Below, one piece after another: positions 9,688 to 19,084 of a DNA stretch of 64,000 nucleotides. This DNA is from a bacterium. GTDB taxonomy: Bacteria; UBA8248. The stretch lies in assembly GCA_965207065.1 (NCBI GenBank), contig OZ242260.1, positions 2,656,001 through 2,720,000 on the forward strand, written 5' to 3'. The translations under genes and the position numbers were made by a program. The notes under the pieces were generated by a model. That model ran no database searches. It was not told where the DNA came from and was given only the letters and a program-made list of their open reading frames with translations. The stretch's first letter is position 1; each line of letters begins with the position of its first letter.

Positions 9688-10164
9688 TCATACTCGGGCG
9701 ATGGCGTCCAGGCGCGTCTTGAGCGCCGCGCGGTCCATGTCTTCGAAGTCAAGGGCCAGAAAGGCGTTGATTCGGGCGCTCAGGCGGTGGTAGGCGACCC
9801 GGAACGCCCGGTCGATTTGGTCTTCCGGCGCAGCGGCGGGGTCGTCCACTCCCCAGTGCGCCTTGAGCGGCGCGCCGGGCCAGACGGGGCAGATTTCGCC
9901 CGCCGCCGAATCGCAGACGGTGACGACGAGGTCCATTTTGGGGGCGCCGGGGGCGGCGAACTCATCCCAGCTCTTCGAGCGGTAGCCTACCGTCGGCAGG
10001 CCCAGCCTCTCGAGGAGGCGAACCGCGCCCGGATTGACCCGGCCCGTCGGGCGGGAACCCGCCGAATAGGCCCGCACCCTCCCCACGCCGTCGCGGTTCA
10101 GGACGGCTTCCGCGAGTATCGAGCGCGCCGAGTTGCCCGTGCAAAGAACGAGAATATGGCGCAT
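9688..10164 (-). CDS. arsC: Arsenate reductase, LMW-PTPase/thioredoxin type
   Basis: LCTGNSARS, VTVCD, CPVWPG, HWG.DDP motifs. Confidence 0.9.
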   Translation of the reverse strand: MRHILVLCTGNSARSILAEAVLNRDGVGRVRAYSAGSRPTGRVNPGAVRLLERLGLPTVGYRSKSWDEFAAPGAPKMDLVVTVCDSAAGEICPVWPGAPLKAHWGVDDPAAAPEDQIDRAFRVAYHRLSARINAFLALDFEDMDRAALKTRLDAIARV

Positions 10165-10409
10165 GGAATCTCCCTCGTCTCGTCGTCTGGAACTCGACGA
10201 TCCCCTCACTAGAAAACGCTCTCAGTTTCCGGGATTCGCCTCGCTCCAGTTTCAGGATGTCGTTTTGAATTTTGGATTATATCGGGGGGTGGAATCTCCA
10301 CCGGGCCGCCCGGAAATCATGTAGCCCAATTCGGCGGCGAGATCAAATCAAGCGGCCCGTTTTCCGGGATTTCTTATTCCGTGCTCCGCAGCGCAAGCGC
10401 GATGGTTTT

Positions 10410-10486
10410 GCAGGGACTGGCCTCCGTGCCTGTCCTACCCTCCGTGGTTGTCCTTCGTCAGGATAGGCACGAAGGCCTGTCCCTAC
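10410..10486. repeat. Inverted pair of GTAG-type REPs
   Basis: GCAGGGACTGGCCTCCGTGCCTGTCC and GGATAGGCACGAAGGCCTGTCCCTAC. Confidence 0.7.
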
Positions 10487-10532
10487 AGGGTCCAATCGGG
10501 TTTACCAGGAATCCTGCGGGAGAGCGCTCCTC

Positions 10533-11621
10533 TCAACGCTCAAGGATGCGCACCTGCTCGCCGCGGAGGCCCACGGCGACATCATCTCCCACGGCGAAGG
10601 CGCGGCGGCCCGGATGGTGGGTGTCGTCGACCAGCAGGGTGTCCTCGCCGATGACGACGGAGTAGCGCAGCAGGTTGCCGAGGAACTCGCGGTGCTGCAC
10701 CCGGCCGGTCAGGACGATACCGGGGAGCGTTTCGCCCGGTGCGGCGATGGCGATGTCCTGGGGCCGGAACACGGCGGTATGCTCCTCACCGGGCGCGTGG
10801 ACCTCACCCGAAAGCGGCACGGCGATGCCGCCGGCCGCGGCGAAGCGCGCGCCATCGGCCCCCGTCTCGATCCGCCCGTCCATGAGATTCGCCGTGCCCA
10901 GGAAGTGGGCGACGAAGCGGTTCACCGGCTCGTCGTAGAGTTCCATGGGCGCTCCCACCTGCTGGAGTATGCCGTCGTCGAGCACGGCGATACGATCCGA
11001 GATGGTGTTGGCCTCTTCCTGGTCGTGGGTGACGAAGATGGTGGTCAGTTCCAGTTCGCGCTGCAAGTCCAGAATCTCGCGGCGCATCTGTACGCGCAGG
11101 TTGGCGTCCAGGTTCGAGAGCGGCTCGTCGAGCAGGAGCACGCGGGGTTCGACGACGATGGTGCGCGCCAGGGCGACGCGCTGCTGCTGTCCGCCGGACA
11201 GCTGCGAGGGGCGCCGCTCGGCAAGCTCCAGGAGTCCGACCATGTCCAGTGCGGCGTCGACGCGCCTGGGAATTTCGGCGGCGGGCGTCTTGCGCTCCTC
11301 GAGGCCGAAGGCGACGTTCCTGCGCACCGTCATGTGCGGCCAGAGCGCATAGGACTGGAACACCATGCCGACGTTGCGCCGCCAGGGGGGGAGCCGCGTC
11401 ACGTCGTCCTCGCCTATCAGGATGCGCCCCCGGGGCGCAGGGCCGAAGCCTGCGACGGCGCGCAGGAGGGTCGATTTGCCCGACCCCGACGGCCCCAGGA
11501 AGGTGAACAACTCGCCCGGTTCGATGCGAAGGTCCACGTCTTTCAGCACGTCGGTCGTGTCGTAGGCGAGGCTCAGTTGTTCGATGACGACGCTTGCGGC
11601 GTTTTGCGATGCCATTCTCAT
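10533..11621 (-). CDS. ABC transporter ATP-binding subunit (FbpC/PotA-like, TOBE domain)
   Basis: GPSGSGKS, LSGGQQQR, DEPLSNLD; ATGA overlap with the permease stop. Confidence 0.92.
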   Translation of the reverse strand: MRMASQNAASVVIEQLSLAYDTTDVLKDVDLRIEPGELFTFLGPSGSGKSTLLRAVAGFGPAPRGRILIGEDDVTRLPPWRRNVGMVFQSYALWPHMTVRRNVAFGLEERKTPAAEIPRRVDAALDMVGLLELAERRPSQLSGGQQQRVALARTIVVEPRVLLLDEPLSNLDANLRVQMRREILDLQRELELTTIFVTHDQEEANTISDRIAVLDDGILQQVGAPMELYDEPVNRFVAHFLGTANLMDGRIETGADGARFAAAGGIAVPLSGEVHAPGEEHTAVFRPQDIAIAAPGETLPGIVLTGRVQHREFLGNLLRYSVVIGEDTLLVDDTHHPGRRAFAVGDDVAVGLRGEQVRILER

Positions 11622-13333
11622 ACTCCCGCGACGATGGCCATGTCCGGCGTCTGGCGCGTCTCTTTGCGCTGGATGAAGCGGTGCGAGACGTAGGTGGCGA
11701 CGCCGACGATGACTACGGCGATGATGCCGAGCGCGGCGCCCGGGCCGCGGCCCGCCGCCGACTGCATGAACTCGTAAATCCCGAAGGCGAGCGGAGCGTC
11801 CGATTCCTGCGAGACGAGCATGATGGTCGTCGACAGCTCGACCGCCGCGGTGGCGAAGCTGGTGATGAAGCCTGCGACGATGCCGCCCGACATGAGCGGC
11901 ACGACGACCCGGTAGATGGTGCGGCCCTTGGTCGCCCCCAGATTCTCGGCGGCTTCTTCGAGCATGACGCTCAGCTGCTGCAGCGCCGCCATGCAGGCGC
12001 GCAGCGCGTAGGGCAGGCGCCGGATGGCGAGGGCGACGACGATGATGACCCACCACGAGGCCAGGGGTTTATCTATAATCGGCACGTTGAACGCGTAGAA
12101 GGTACGCAGATAGCCGATGCCGAGCACCACGCCGGGAATCGCCACCGCCCCCATCGCGGCGTAATCAAGCCACTGCCGGCCGGCCAGCCCGGTGCGCAGG
12201 ACGATGTAGGCGATGGCCGTGCCGAATACGACGTCGATGCCCGCGGCGAGGCCCGCGTAGAGCAACGTGTTGGTGATGAATTCCGATGAGTCCGAGATCA
12301 CCCGCAGGTAATGCGCGTAGGTGTAGGCGTCGGGCAGCACGCTGAAGGACCAGACCGTGCCGAGAGAGAGGATGGCGAGGCCGAAGTGCGGCGAGAGAAC
12401 CAGCAGCAGTATGAAGACGACGACGCCGTAGCAGGCGGCCTTCTCCCAGGGCCTCAGGTCGCGCTTCATCAGCCCGCCCCCGCCCTTTTGCACGGTCGCG
12501 TAGTCCTTGTTCCGAAGCGCCAGAAACGAGGTCCAGAGCGCCAGCAGGGAGAATATGACCAGGATGACCGAGATCACGTAGCCCATGGGGTCCGAGATGC
12601 CGATGGAGGCGATGCGCAGGTAGGCCTGGGGCGCCAGCATGTTGTTGATGTTGAGCAGCAGCGGCGTGCCGATGTCGTCGAACACCTTCAGGAACACCAG
12701 TGATGCGCCCGCGACGTAGCCGGGCATGGCCAGCGGGAACACGATGCGGCGGAACAGGCGCACCCCGCTGGCGCCCAGGTTCTGGGCGGATTCCTCCATC
12801 GACCGGTCGATGTTGTTGAGCGAGGCCGAGAGATTCATGAGAATGAAAGGGAAATAGTGGATGCTCTCGACCAGGATGACGCCGTTCAACCCCTCCATGA
12901 AGGGGACCTTAAAGCCGAACCATTCATCCAGCAGCAGGTTGACCGATCCGTTCTCGCCGAGGAGCAGGAGCATCGCCACGGCGCCGACGAAGGGCGGCAT
13001 GATGAGCGGGAGCACGCCCAGGGTCTGGATGAGGATGGCGCCGCCGAAATTGAAGCGTGTCGTGAAGTAGGCGAGCGGAAGCGCAAAGCACGACGCCAGC
13101 ACCACAGACATCAGGGCGACGTAGATCGAATTGATGGCGGATTCCTGGAACAGGTTGTTCCTGAAGAAATCCACGAAGTTGATGAGCGTCAGCGCGCCCG
13201 TGTTCGGGTCCTGGAAGGCGACGTAGATCACGTTCACGACAGGCACGACCAGGAAGGCGAGCAGGAACAGGCCGACAATGAGGCCCACCGCCGCCGGCCC
13301 CCACTGGCCGCGCGCCATCGCTTCCAGAGACAT
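11618..13333 (-). CDS. ABC transporter permease (FbpB-like, two modules)
   Basis: Two EAA loops (EESAQNLGA, EEAAENLGA); many TM helices. Confidence 0.92.
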   Translation of the reverse strand: MSLEAMARGQWGPAAVGLIVGLFLLAFLVVPVVNVIYVAFQDPNTGALTLINFVDFFRNNLFQESAINSIYVALMSVVLASCFALPLAYFTTRFNFGGAILIQTLGVLPLIMPPFVGAVAMLLLLGENGSVNLLLDEWFGFKVPFMEGLNGVILVESIHYFPFILMNLSASLNNIDRSMEESAQNLGASGVRLFRRIVFPLAMPGYVAGASLVFLKVFDDIGTPLLLNINNMLAPQAYLRIASIGISDPMGYVISVILVIFSLLALWTSFLALRNKDYATVQKGGGGLMKRDLRPWEKAACYGVVVFILLLVLSPHFGLAILSLGTVWSFSVLPDAYTYAHYLRVISDSSEFITNTLLYAGLAAGIDVVFGTAIAYIVLRTGLAGRQWLDYAAMGAVAIPGVVLGIGYLRTFYAFNVPIIDKPLASWWVIIVVALAIRRLPYALRACMAALQQLSVMLEEAAENLGATKGRTIYRVVVPLMSGGIVAGFITSFATAAVELSTTIMLVSQESDAPLAFGIYEFMQSAAGRGPGAALGIIAVVIVGVATYVSHRFIQRKETRQTPDMAIVAGV

Positions 13334-13362
13334 TCTTTCCCCTTCTCCGCGCAGGCTTCAGG

Positions 13363-14712
13363 CTAGAGCATGGACGCCGCCTTCTCGGCCAGCGCCCTGG
13401 CCTTGGCGTAATTCGCCTTGACCTGCGCGTCCCATTCACGTTCGACCTCGGCCTGGCGGCCCGTCACCTTCGTGGTCGCCTTCTTGCGCTTCTTCTTGAA
13501 GATCGCGTTGAATTCCTTCTTGCTCGCCTGGGCCGCGGTGATCGGCACCTTGGCCACCAGCGCCTTGGCCTCGTCGATCAGCTTCTTCGCCGCCATGTTC
13601 TTCTTGCCGCCCATTTGCGCCTCGGCGGTCTGGATGGCCTTGGTCGCCGCGCGCAGGTCGTTCAGGCGGTAGGTGACCATCACGTCGAACAGCGAATTGA
13701 TGACGTTGTAGCGGTTTTTCGAGAGCTGGAGGTCGAACTTGACCGCTGAGCCGATGGACTTGTCCTTGAACGGATTCGGGAAGTCTTTGGGCGCTTTGGC
13801 GTACGTCGCCGGGTTGACGGGCAGGCGGCGGATTTTCTTGTCGAGCAGCACTTCCTGTCCCGCAGGCGAGAGCAGGAACTCGATGAACGCAGCCGCGGCC
13901 TTGGGGTGCGGCGCGTTCTTGACGATGGCGATGTTCGCGGGCACCAGCGTCGTCACCGGCGGGTAGATGAATTTGACGGGGAAGCCCGAAGCCTCGGACG
14001 ACAGCCCGAAGAAGTCGATGACGATGCCGAGGCCGAACTGGCCCGAGTTCACGCCGTCGGGCACGCCGAAGCTGCGCTCGGTGACGGTCTTGAAGTTGCC
14101 GGCGATGGCCTTCCACTCGGCCCAGCCCTTCTCCCAGCCCTTGCCCTGCAGGAGGGTCTCGACGGTGAGGTGGGTGGTGCCCGAACGCGAAGGCGCGCTC
14201 ATGCCGACGTGGCCGTGGTAGACGGGCATGGCCAGATCGGCCCAGGTCTTGGGCGCGGGCAGCTTCTTGGCCTTCAGGTAGCGGGTGTTCCACATGATGC
14301 CGTAGCCCGAAGCCGCGAAACCCTTGTAGTAGCCCTCGGGGTCGTTGATCGGGAAAGCGCCGACATTCTTGGGAATGCCCTTTATCTTGACCTTGTATTT
14401 CTGGAGAAGGTTGTCGCCCTTGAGCACTTCGAAGGCGTCCGGCGCGGATGCCCAGAACATGTCGGAGCGGTTGTTGGAGGCGGTCTCCTGGAGATACTTG
14501 ATGCCGGCGGTGGTCTTTTTCTTGAGCATCTCGACCTTGACGCCGGGGTGTTTCTTCTCGAAAGCCTTCTTGACGGTGGTCGTCGTGTCCGGCGGGTAGG
14601 ACGTGACGATGACGAGCTTCTTCTCGAGCGCGATTGCGCCGAGGGGCGCCGCCAGGACGGCGAGAGCGAAGCCGAAGACGATGGTCCAGAAAGTGGTTTT
14701 CCTGATGGTCAT
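13363..14712 (-). CDS. ABC substrate-binding protein (Fe3+/PgtC-like family)
   Basis: Signal peptide; PSRSGT motif; first gene of the ABC operon. Confidence 0.85.
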   Translation of the reverse strand: MTIRKTTFWTIVFGFALAVLAAPLGAIALEKKLVIVTSYPPDTTTTVKKAFEKKHPGVKVEMLKKKTTAGIKYLQETASNNRSDMFWASAPDAFEVLKGDNLLQKYKVKIKGIPKNVGAFPINDPEGYYKGFAASGYGIMWNTRYLKAKKLPAPKTWADLAMPVYHGHVGMSAPSRSGTTHLTVETLLQGKGWEKGWAEWKAIAGNFKTVTERSFGVPDGVNSGQFGLGIVIDFFGLSSEASGFPVKFIYPPVTTLVPANIAIVKNAPHPKAAAAFIEFLLSPAGQEVLLDKKIRRLPVNPATYAKAPKDFPNPFKDKSIGSAVKFDLQLSKNRYNVINSLFDVMVTYRLNDLRAATKAIQTAEAQMGGKKNMAAKKLIDEAKALVAKVPITAAQASKKEFNAIFKKKRKKATTKVTGRQAEVEREWDAQVKANYAKARALAEKAASML

Positions 14713-14906
14713 TGGTTTATTCCTCCTCGTTTTCCCTAAGGGGAGTTGTGTGTTGAGGCGTCAATGATACCCGATGGATCAGAGATATACTGGAACATAA
14801 TATTATACCACAAATCATGCGAATCAAGCGGCGAAAACTATGCTGTAGACGCAAGCGTGACGCGCGCCGTCAGGCGGCTCGCGAGAGTTCAAAGAGCGCC
14901 CTCGCG

Positions 14907-15506
14907 CTAGAGCTTGTTCAACTCCACGTCGATGGTGATGCGCACCTCGTTCCCAACGACGAGCCCGCCCGCTTCGAGCAGGCGGTTGTACTTCACCCCG
15001 AAATCCTTGCGGTTTATCCGCGTGGTGGCGCTCGCGCCCATCTTGACGGTCCCGCGCCCCGTTCTGACCTCCCCGCTGATGTCGGCCACCTTCAGCACCA
15101 CTTCTCTCGTGACGCCGCGGATGGTCAGGTCGCCGACGAGTTCGAGGCCCTCCGCGCCCGCATTCTTCACGGCCCTGGACTTGAAGGTGATGGAGGGATG
15201 CTTCTCGACGAGCAGGAAATCGTCGGTCCGCAGGTGGTTGTCGCGCCGCGCGTTGCGCGTATTGATCGAGTCGGCGTCGATGACGATGTCCGCCGCCGCG
15301 GCGCCGGGGTTCTTCCGGTCGTAGCGGACCGTGCCCGACACTCTTTGGAATTCCCCCTGCACCCAGGTGACGCCCAGGTGCCGCACCTTGAAGGAGACCG
15401 TCGTGTGGGTGGGGTCGATTCTCCACTCAGCGGCGTGTGCGAGGGCGGGAGCTACCAGCCATGACGCCGCGATTATCATCGCTGCAAGTTTCACAAATCG
15501 TTTCAT
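14907..15506 (-). CDS. yceI: YceI family lipid/polyisoprenoid-binding protein
   Basis: W.ID..HT.V.F.VRH, RDNHLR..DF, GDLTIRGVT. Confidence 0.9.
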   Translation of the reverse strand: MKRFVKLAAMIIAASWLVAPALAHAAEWRIDPTHTTVSFKVRHLGVTWVQGEFQRVSGTVRYDRKNPGAAAADIVIDADSINTRNARRDNHLRTDDFLLVEKHPSITFKSRAVKNAGAEGLELVGDLTIRGVTREVVLKVADISGEVRTGRGTVKMGASATTRINRKDFGVKYNRLLEAGGLVVGNEVRITIDVELNKL

Positions 15507-15572
15507 GAGTCTCGTTCTCCGAATGAATAGGTGTGAAAACGGCGGCGATTCTTTCCAATCTGCGATGTTCTG

Positions 15573-15944
15573 CTATGCGTCGCCATACCTTTCCGGGGAC
15601 TCCTCCTCCGCCTTCTGCCCCTCCAGGTACTTTCCGTACTCATCGTGCGTGGTCTCGGCGCAGAGGTCGGGCCCGCGCTTGTAGGCCGCCCTCGATATGA
15701 GGTGCGCGGCGACGGGCGCGGTCAGGAACAGGAAGAAAATGGCCAGGAGCGCCTGCGTCGTGACGGCGGCGCTTTGGAAGATGATGCTCGCGCCCAGGAG
15801 GATGCCGCCCATGCCGAAGGTCGTCGCCTTGGTGGCGGCGTGCATGCGGCAGTAGACGTCGGGCAGGCGGATGAGGCCGATGCTGGCGACCAGCATGAAG
15901 AACGAGCCTCCCAGCAGCAGGACGGCGGCGAGTGCGTCACTCAA
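15573..15944 (-). CDS. mrpG: Mrp Na+/H+ antiporter subunit G
   Basis: RLPD.Y.RMHAATK and LTAPVAAH motifs; TTG start inferred. Confidence 0.9.
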   Translation of the reverse strand: MSDALAAVLLLGGSFFMLVASIGLIRLPDVYCRMHAATKATTFGMGGILLGASIIFQSAAVTTQALLAIFFLFLTAPVAAHLISRAAYKRGPDLCAETTHDEYGKYLEGQKAEEESPERYGDA

Positions 15945-16206
15945 TGATCTTCCCCCTCTCGAGGAACTTCGCATACACCGTCGTGCCGACGAAGCTCAGA
16001 ATGGCCAGGGCGAGCACGGCGATGATGAACAGCTTGTTGTGCGTCTGGATGGCGAATAGCGCGATGACGCCGAGCACGTTCGTGGCGAGGGTGTCCGCCG
16101 CCACCACGCGGTCCGACGTCGTGGGTCCCTTGGCGAGGCGGATGAACGCCAGGAGCACCGACGCGCCCATCATGACGAGGCTTATCTGAACGGCGATCTC
16201 TATCAT
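15937..16206 (-). CDS. mrpF: Mrp antiporter subunit F
   Basis: R..KGPT..DRVVA.D motif. Confidence 0.9.
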   Translation of the reverse strand: MIEIAVQISLVMMGASVLLAFIRLAKGPTTSDRVVAADTLATNVLGVIALFAIQTHNKLFIIAVLALAILSFVGTTVYAKFLERGKIIE

Positions 16207-16676
16207 TCCACCGCTCCTACGATGGGTTCTTCCAGCCCCTTGCGGATGCCTTCGGCCACCTCGTCGGGGTGGTCGATATCCAGCGTGTGGACGAAAATCG
16301 TCTCATCATCATCCGACACGTCGATGCTCAGCGTGCCGGGCGTGAGCGTGATGGAATTCGCCAGCATCGTCACGCCCAAAGGCGTCTTGCAGACCGTCTT
16401 GTAGGGGATGATGCCCGGGCGGATCGACAGCCGGGGCGAGAGCACGATCTTCAGCACCTGGACGTTGGCGATCAACAGCTCCCAGGTGAAGCTCCGCAAG
16501 TATTTGAAATAGCTGCCGATGCGGAAGAACGTCCTGTCCTGGTAGTAGGATTTCTTTAAGAAGCGGATGATGAACAGCGCCATGACGAGGCCGACGAAGA
16601 AGTGCCCCGGCGTCGCGCTCCCGTGCAGGAATATCCAGATGGTGGCGATGGTGAATGCGAGCGTGGCGAGCGGCAT
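16203..16676 (-). CDS. mrpE: Mrp antiporter subunit E
   Basis: LANSITLTPGT motif. Confidence 0.92.
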   Translation of the reverse strand: MPLATLAFTIATIWIFLHGSATPGHFFVGLVMALFIIRFLKKSYYQDRTFFRIGSYFKYLRSFTWELLIANVQVLKIVLSPRLSIRPGIIPYKTVCKTPLGVTMLANSITLTPGTLSIDVSDDDETIFVHTLDIDHPDEVAEGIRKGLEEPIVGAVE

Positions 16677-16686
16677 CGTGCGTCTC

Positions 16687-18162
16687 CTAGCCCAAGTCCC
16701 GCATGGCGGATATGTAGAGTTCGGGCTTCGTGATCTGGGCGGCCACGAGCTGCGCCCACTCGAAGAGCCAGTACGCGCCGAGTCCGAAGATGACCGCGAA
16801 GGCCGAGAGAAAGGCGACCGAGCCGTATATCCCTGCGCCCGCCGCGCCGACCTCGCCGCCGCCCGTCCCCCAGGCGTAACGCTGGTACGTCGTGAAATTA
16901 TAATAAAGCGATATGACGCCGAATCCCAGGGCTATTCCCGTCGCAAGTATCGCGCCCTGCGAGAACCCCGCCTGGAGCACGAAGAGTTTGGCGAAAAAGC
17001 CCGTGAACGGCGGAAAGCCCGCCAGGGAGAGGAACCCCACGAGCATGAGCAGGCTAGCGAAGGGCGCCTTGCCCATCATGCCGCCCATTTCTTCGAGGTC
17101 CACCGTGCCGGTGAGCTTCTGGTTCAGGCCCGCGCCGAGCAGCATCGCGCTTTTTAAGTACGCGTGGCCAACGATGTAGAAGACCGCCGCCGCGAGTCCG
17201 GCCTGTGAGAGCAGGGCGATCCCGAAGGCGATGTAGCCCAGCTGGTTGATGGTGCTGTAGGCGAGGATGCGCTTCAGACTCGTCTGGGGCAGGGTGCCGA
17301 GCGCGCCCATGGCGATGGTCAGGAGGCACAGCAGTATCAGCCCGGGTTGTAGTATCAGGAAAGCGGCCGGGAAGATGAGCGTGGCGCAGCGGATGATGGA
17401 GTAGATGCCCACCTTGACGAGCACGCCCGCCAGGATGGCGCTGATGGGAGTGGGCGATATCGAGTGCGCGGAGGGCAGCCACAGGTGCATCGGGAAGATC
17501 GCCGCCTTGACGCTGAACACGAAGACGAAGATGAGGGCCGTCACCACGATGAGCGGCGTGGGGCCCAGGAGCTTTATCTTCACGGCCAGGTCGGCCATGT
17601 TCACGGTGCCCACCTGGGCGTAGAGGAGCGCGACGCCCAGCAGGAAAAGCGCCGATGCGATCAAGTTCATGCAGGTGTACTTGAAGGCCATCTCGAGCTG
17701 GTCGAGGTTGTAATAGAAGCCCAGCAGCGCGTAGGTGGCCATGAGCATGACCTCGAAGAAGACGAAGAGGTTGAACAGGTCGCCCGTGATGAAACAGCCC
17801 TGCATCCCCATGAGCAGGAAGTGCAGCAGGGGGTGAAATGCCTCTTTCCGCTGCGCATCCGTGAGATAGCTCCCCGCGAAGACGGCGCACGCCCCCACGA
17901 TGGAGGAGGAGAGGCACAAGAGCGTGGCGGTGAGCCTGTCCGCCGCCAGGACGATGGCGTACGGGAAGGGCCAGAGGCCCATCCGGTGGACGAATATCGT
18001 CCCGTCCGCCGTCGCGCTCAGGAGTACGCCCGCCAGGATGAGGTTCACCAGCAGGGCGATCATGCTCACCGATTCCTGGATCGCGCGGTTCTTCCTCACC
18101 AGGAACAGGAACGTGCCCGTGGCCAGCGGCAGGACGACGAAGAGCGGGAATACGGCGTTCAT
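16687..18162 (-). CDS. mrpD: Mrp antiporter subunit D
   Basis: DLFNLFVFFEVML, WLP.AH, KRILAYST. Confidence 0.92.
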   Translation of the reverse strand: MNAVFPLFVVLPLATGTFLFLVRKNRAIQESVSMIALLVNLILAGVLLSATADGTIFVHRMGLWPFPYAIVLAADRLTATLLCLSSSIVGACAVFAGSYLTDAQRKEAFHPLLHFLLMGMQGCFITGDLFNLFVFFEVMLMATYALLGFYYNLDQLEMAFKYTCMNLIASALFLLGVALLYAQVGTVNMADLAVKIKLLGPTPLIVVTALIFVFVFSVKAAIFPMHLWLPSAHSISPTPISAILAGVLVKVGIYSIIRCATLIFPAAFLILQPGLILLCLLTIAMGALGTLPQTSLKRILAYSTINQLGYIAFGIALLSQAGLAAAVFYIVGHAYLKSAMLLGAGLNQKLTGTVDLEEMGGMMGKAPFASLLMLVGFLSLAGFPPFTGFFAKLFVLQAGFSQGAILATGIALGFGVISLYYNFTTYQRYAWGTGGGEVGAAGAGIYGSVAFLSAFAVIFGLGAYWLFEWAQLVAAQITKPELYISAMRDLG

Positions 18163-18509
18163 CCCTTGAGCCTCCGGATCTCGTCGATGTCGTCGGTGCC
18201 GAACTTTTTGTAGGTGAAGAACGCGAGCACGAGCAGAAAGGCCGTCACGGCCAGGCTGATGACGATGGCAGTCAGTACCATGGCCTGGGGCAGGGGGTCT
18301 ACGTAGGCGAACGGGTCGAGCGGGCCGCCCGTCTTGGGAACGATGGGCGCCTTGCCGTCCCCCACCCAGCCTGAGGCGACGATCATCAGGTTCGCGGCGT
18401 GGCTCAGCACCGCCATGCCGAGCACGACCTGTATGATCCTGCGCTGCATGATGAGGTAGGAAGCCACCGTCACCAGGGCGCCGATTATGATCGCCAGTAT
18501 CCAGAGCAC
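18159..18509 (-). CDS. mrpC: Mrp antiporter subunit C
   Basis: DPLPQAMVLTAIVI motif; GTG start after GGAGA. Confidence 0.92.
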   Translation of the reverse strand: MLWILAIIIGALVTVASYLIMQRRIIQVVLGMAVLSHAANLMIVASGWVGDGKAPIVPKTGGPLDPFAYVDPLPQAMVLTAIVISLAVTAFLLVLAFFTYKKFGTDDIDEIRRLKG

Positions 18510-18535
18510 GTTAATATCTCCTTGCCGCTTCTGCT

Positions 18536-18627
18536 GTAGGGGTCGCATATATGCGACCCGGCCTTTTACACCTGCCGACTATGGGCCGCATATATGTAGC
18601 GTTCCCAAGAAGGGAGCGCTACATACA
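18536..18627. repeat. Two GTAG-type REP palindromes between mrpB and mrpC
   Basis: GTAGGGGTCGCATATATGCGACCC and TGTAGCGTTCCC..GGGAGCGCTACATACA (similar to 7490-7526). Confidence 0.75.
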
Positions 18628-18652
18628 GTTACAGCCGCTTCTGCGAGACTCC

Positions 18653-19084
18653 TTAACCTTCCGGCTCCTGCGTTTCCCTTTCGTACAGGTTGGTGAAGAT
18701 GCACATCACCACCCCGACCACCACGCCGTACACGCCCACGTCGAAGATGAACGCGGTGAACAGTTCCACGTCGCCGATGAAGGGCAGGGCGAAGTGGTAG
18801 ATCGAGCTTTTGAGATACGCTCCCTTGATGTAGCCCCACACCCCCGTCAAGGTGGAGAGCGCCAGCCCCGCGAGGAATATCCCCTCGTAGGGCCAGTTGA
18901 ACCGCCTGCGGCCTTCTTCGGCGTCCACCGCCACCCACTGGAGCACGATGCCCACCGACGTCATGAGGCCCGCGATGAAGCCGCCGCCCGGCTGGTTGTG
19001 GCCGTAGATGAGCAGGAACATGGAGAAGAGCAGCGTCAGGTGCAGCACGGCGGGCGCTATGGTCTGCAAGATCAATGATCGCAT
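18653..19084 (-). CDS. mrpB: Mrp antiporter subunit B
   Basis: [13 protein letters not shown] and FDVGVY motifs. Confidence 0.92.
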   Translation of the reverse strand: MRSLILQTIAPAVLHLTLLFSMFLLIYGHNQPGGGFIAGLMTSVGIVLQWVAVDAEEGRRRFNWPYEGIFLAGLALSTLTGVWGYIKGAYLKSSIYHFALPFIGDVELFTAFIFDVGVYGVVVGVVMCIFTNLYERETQEPEG

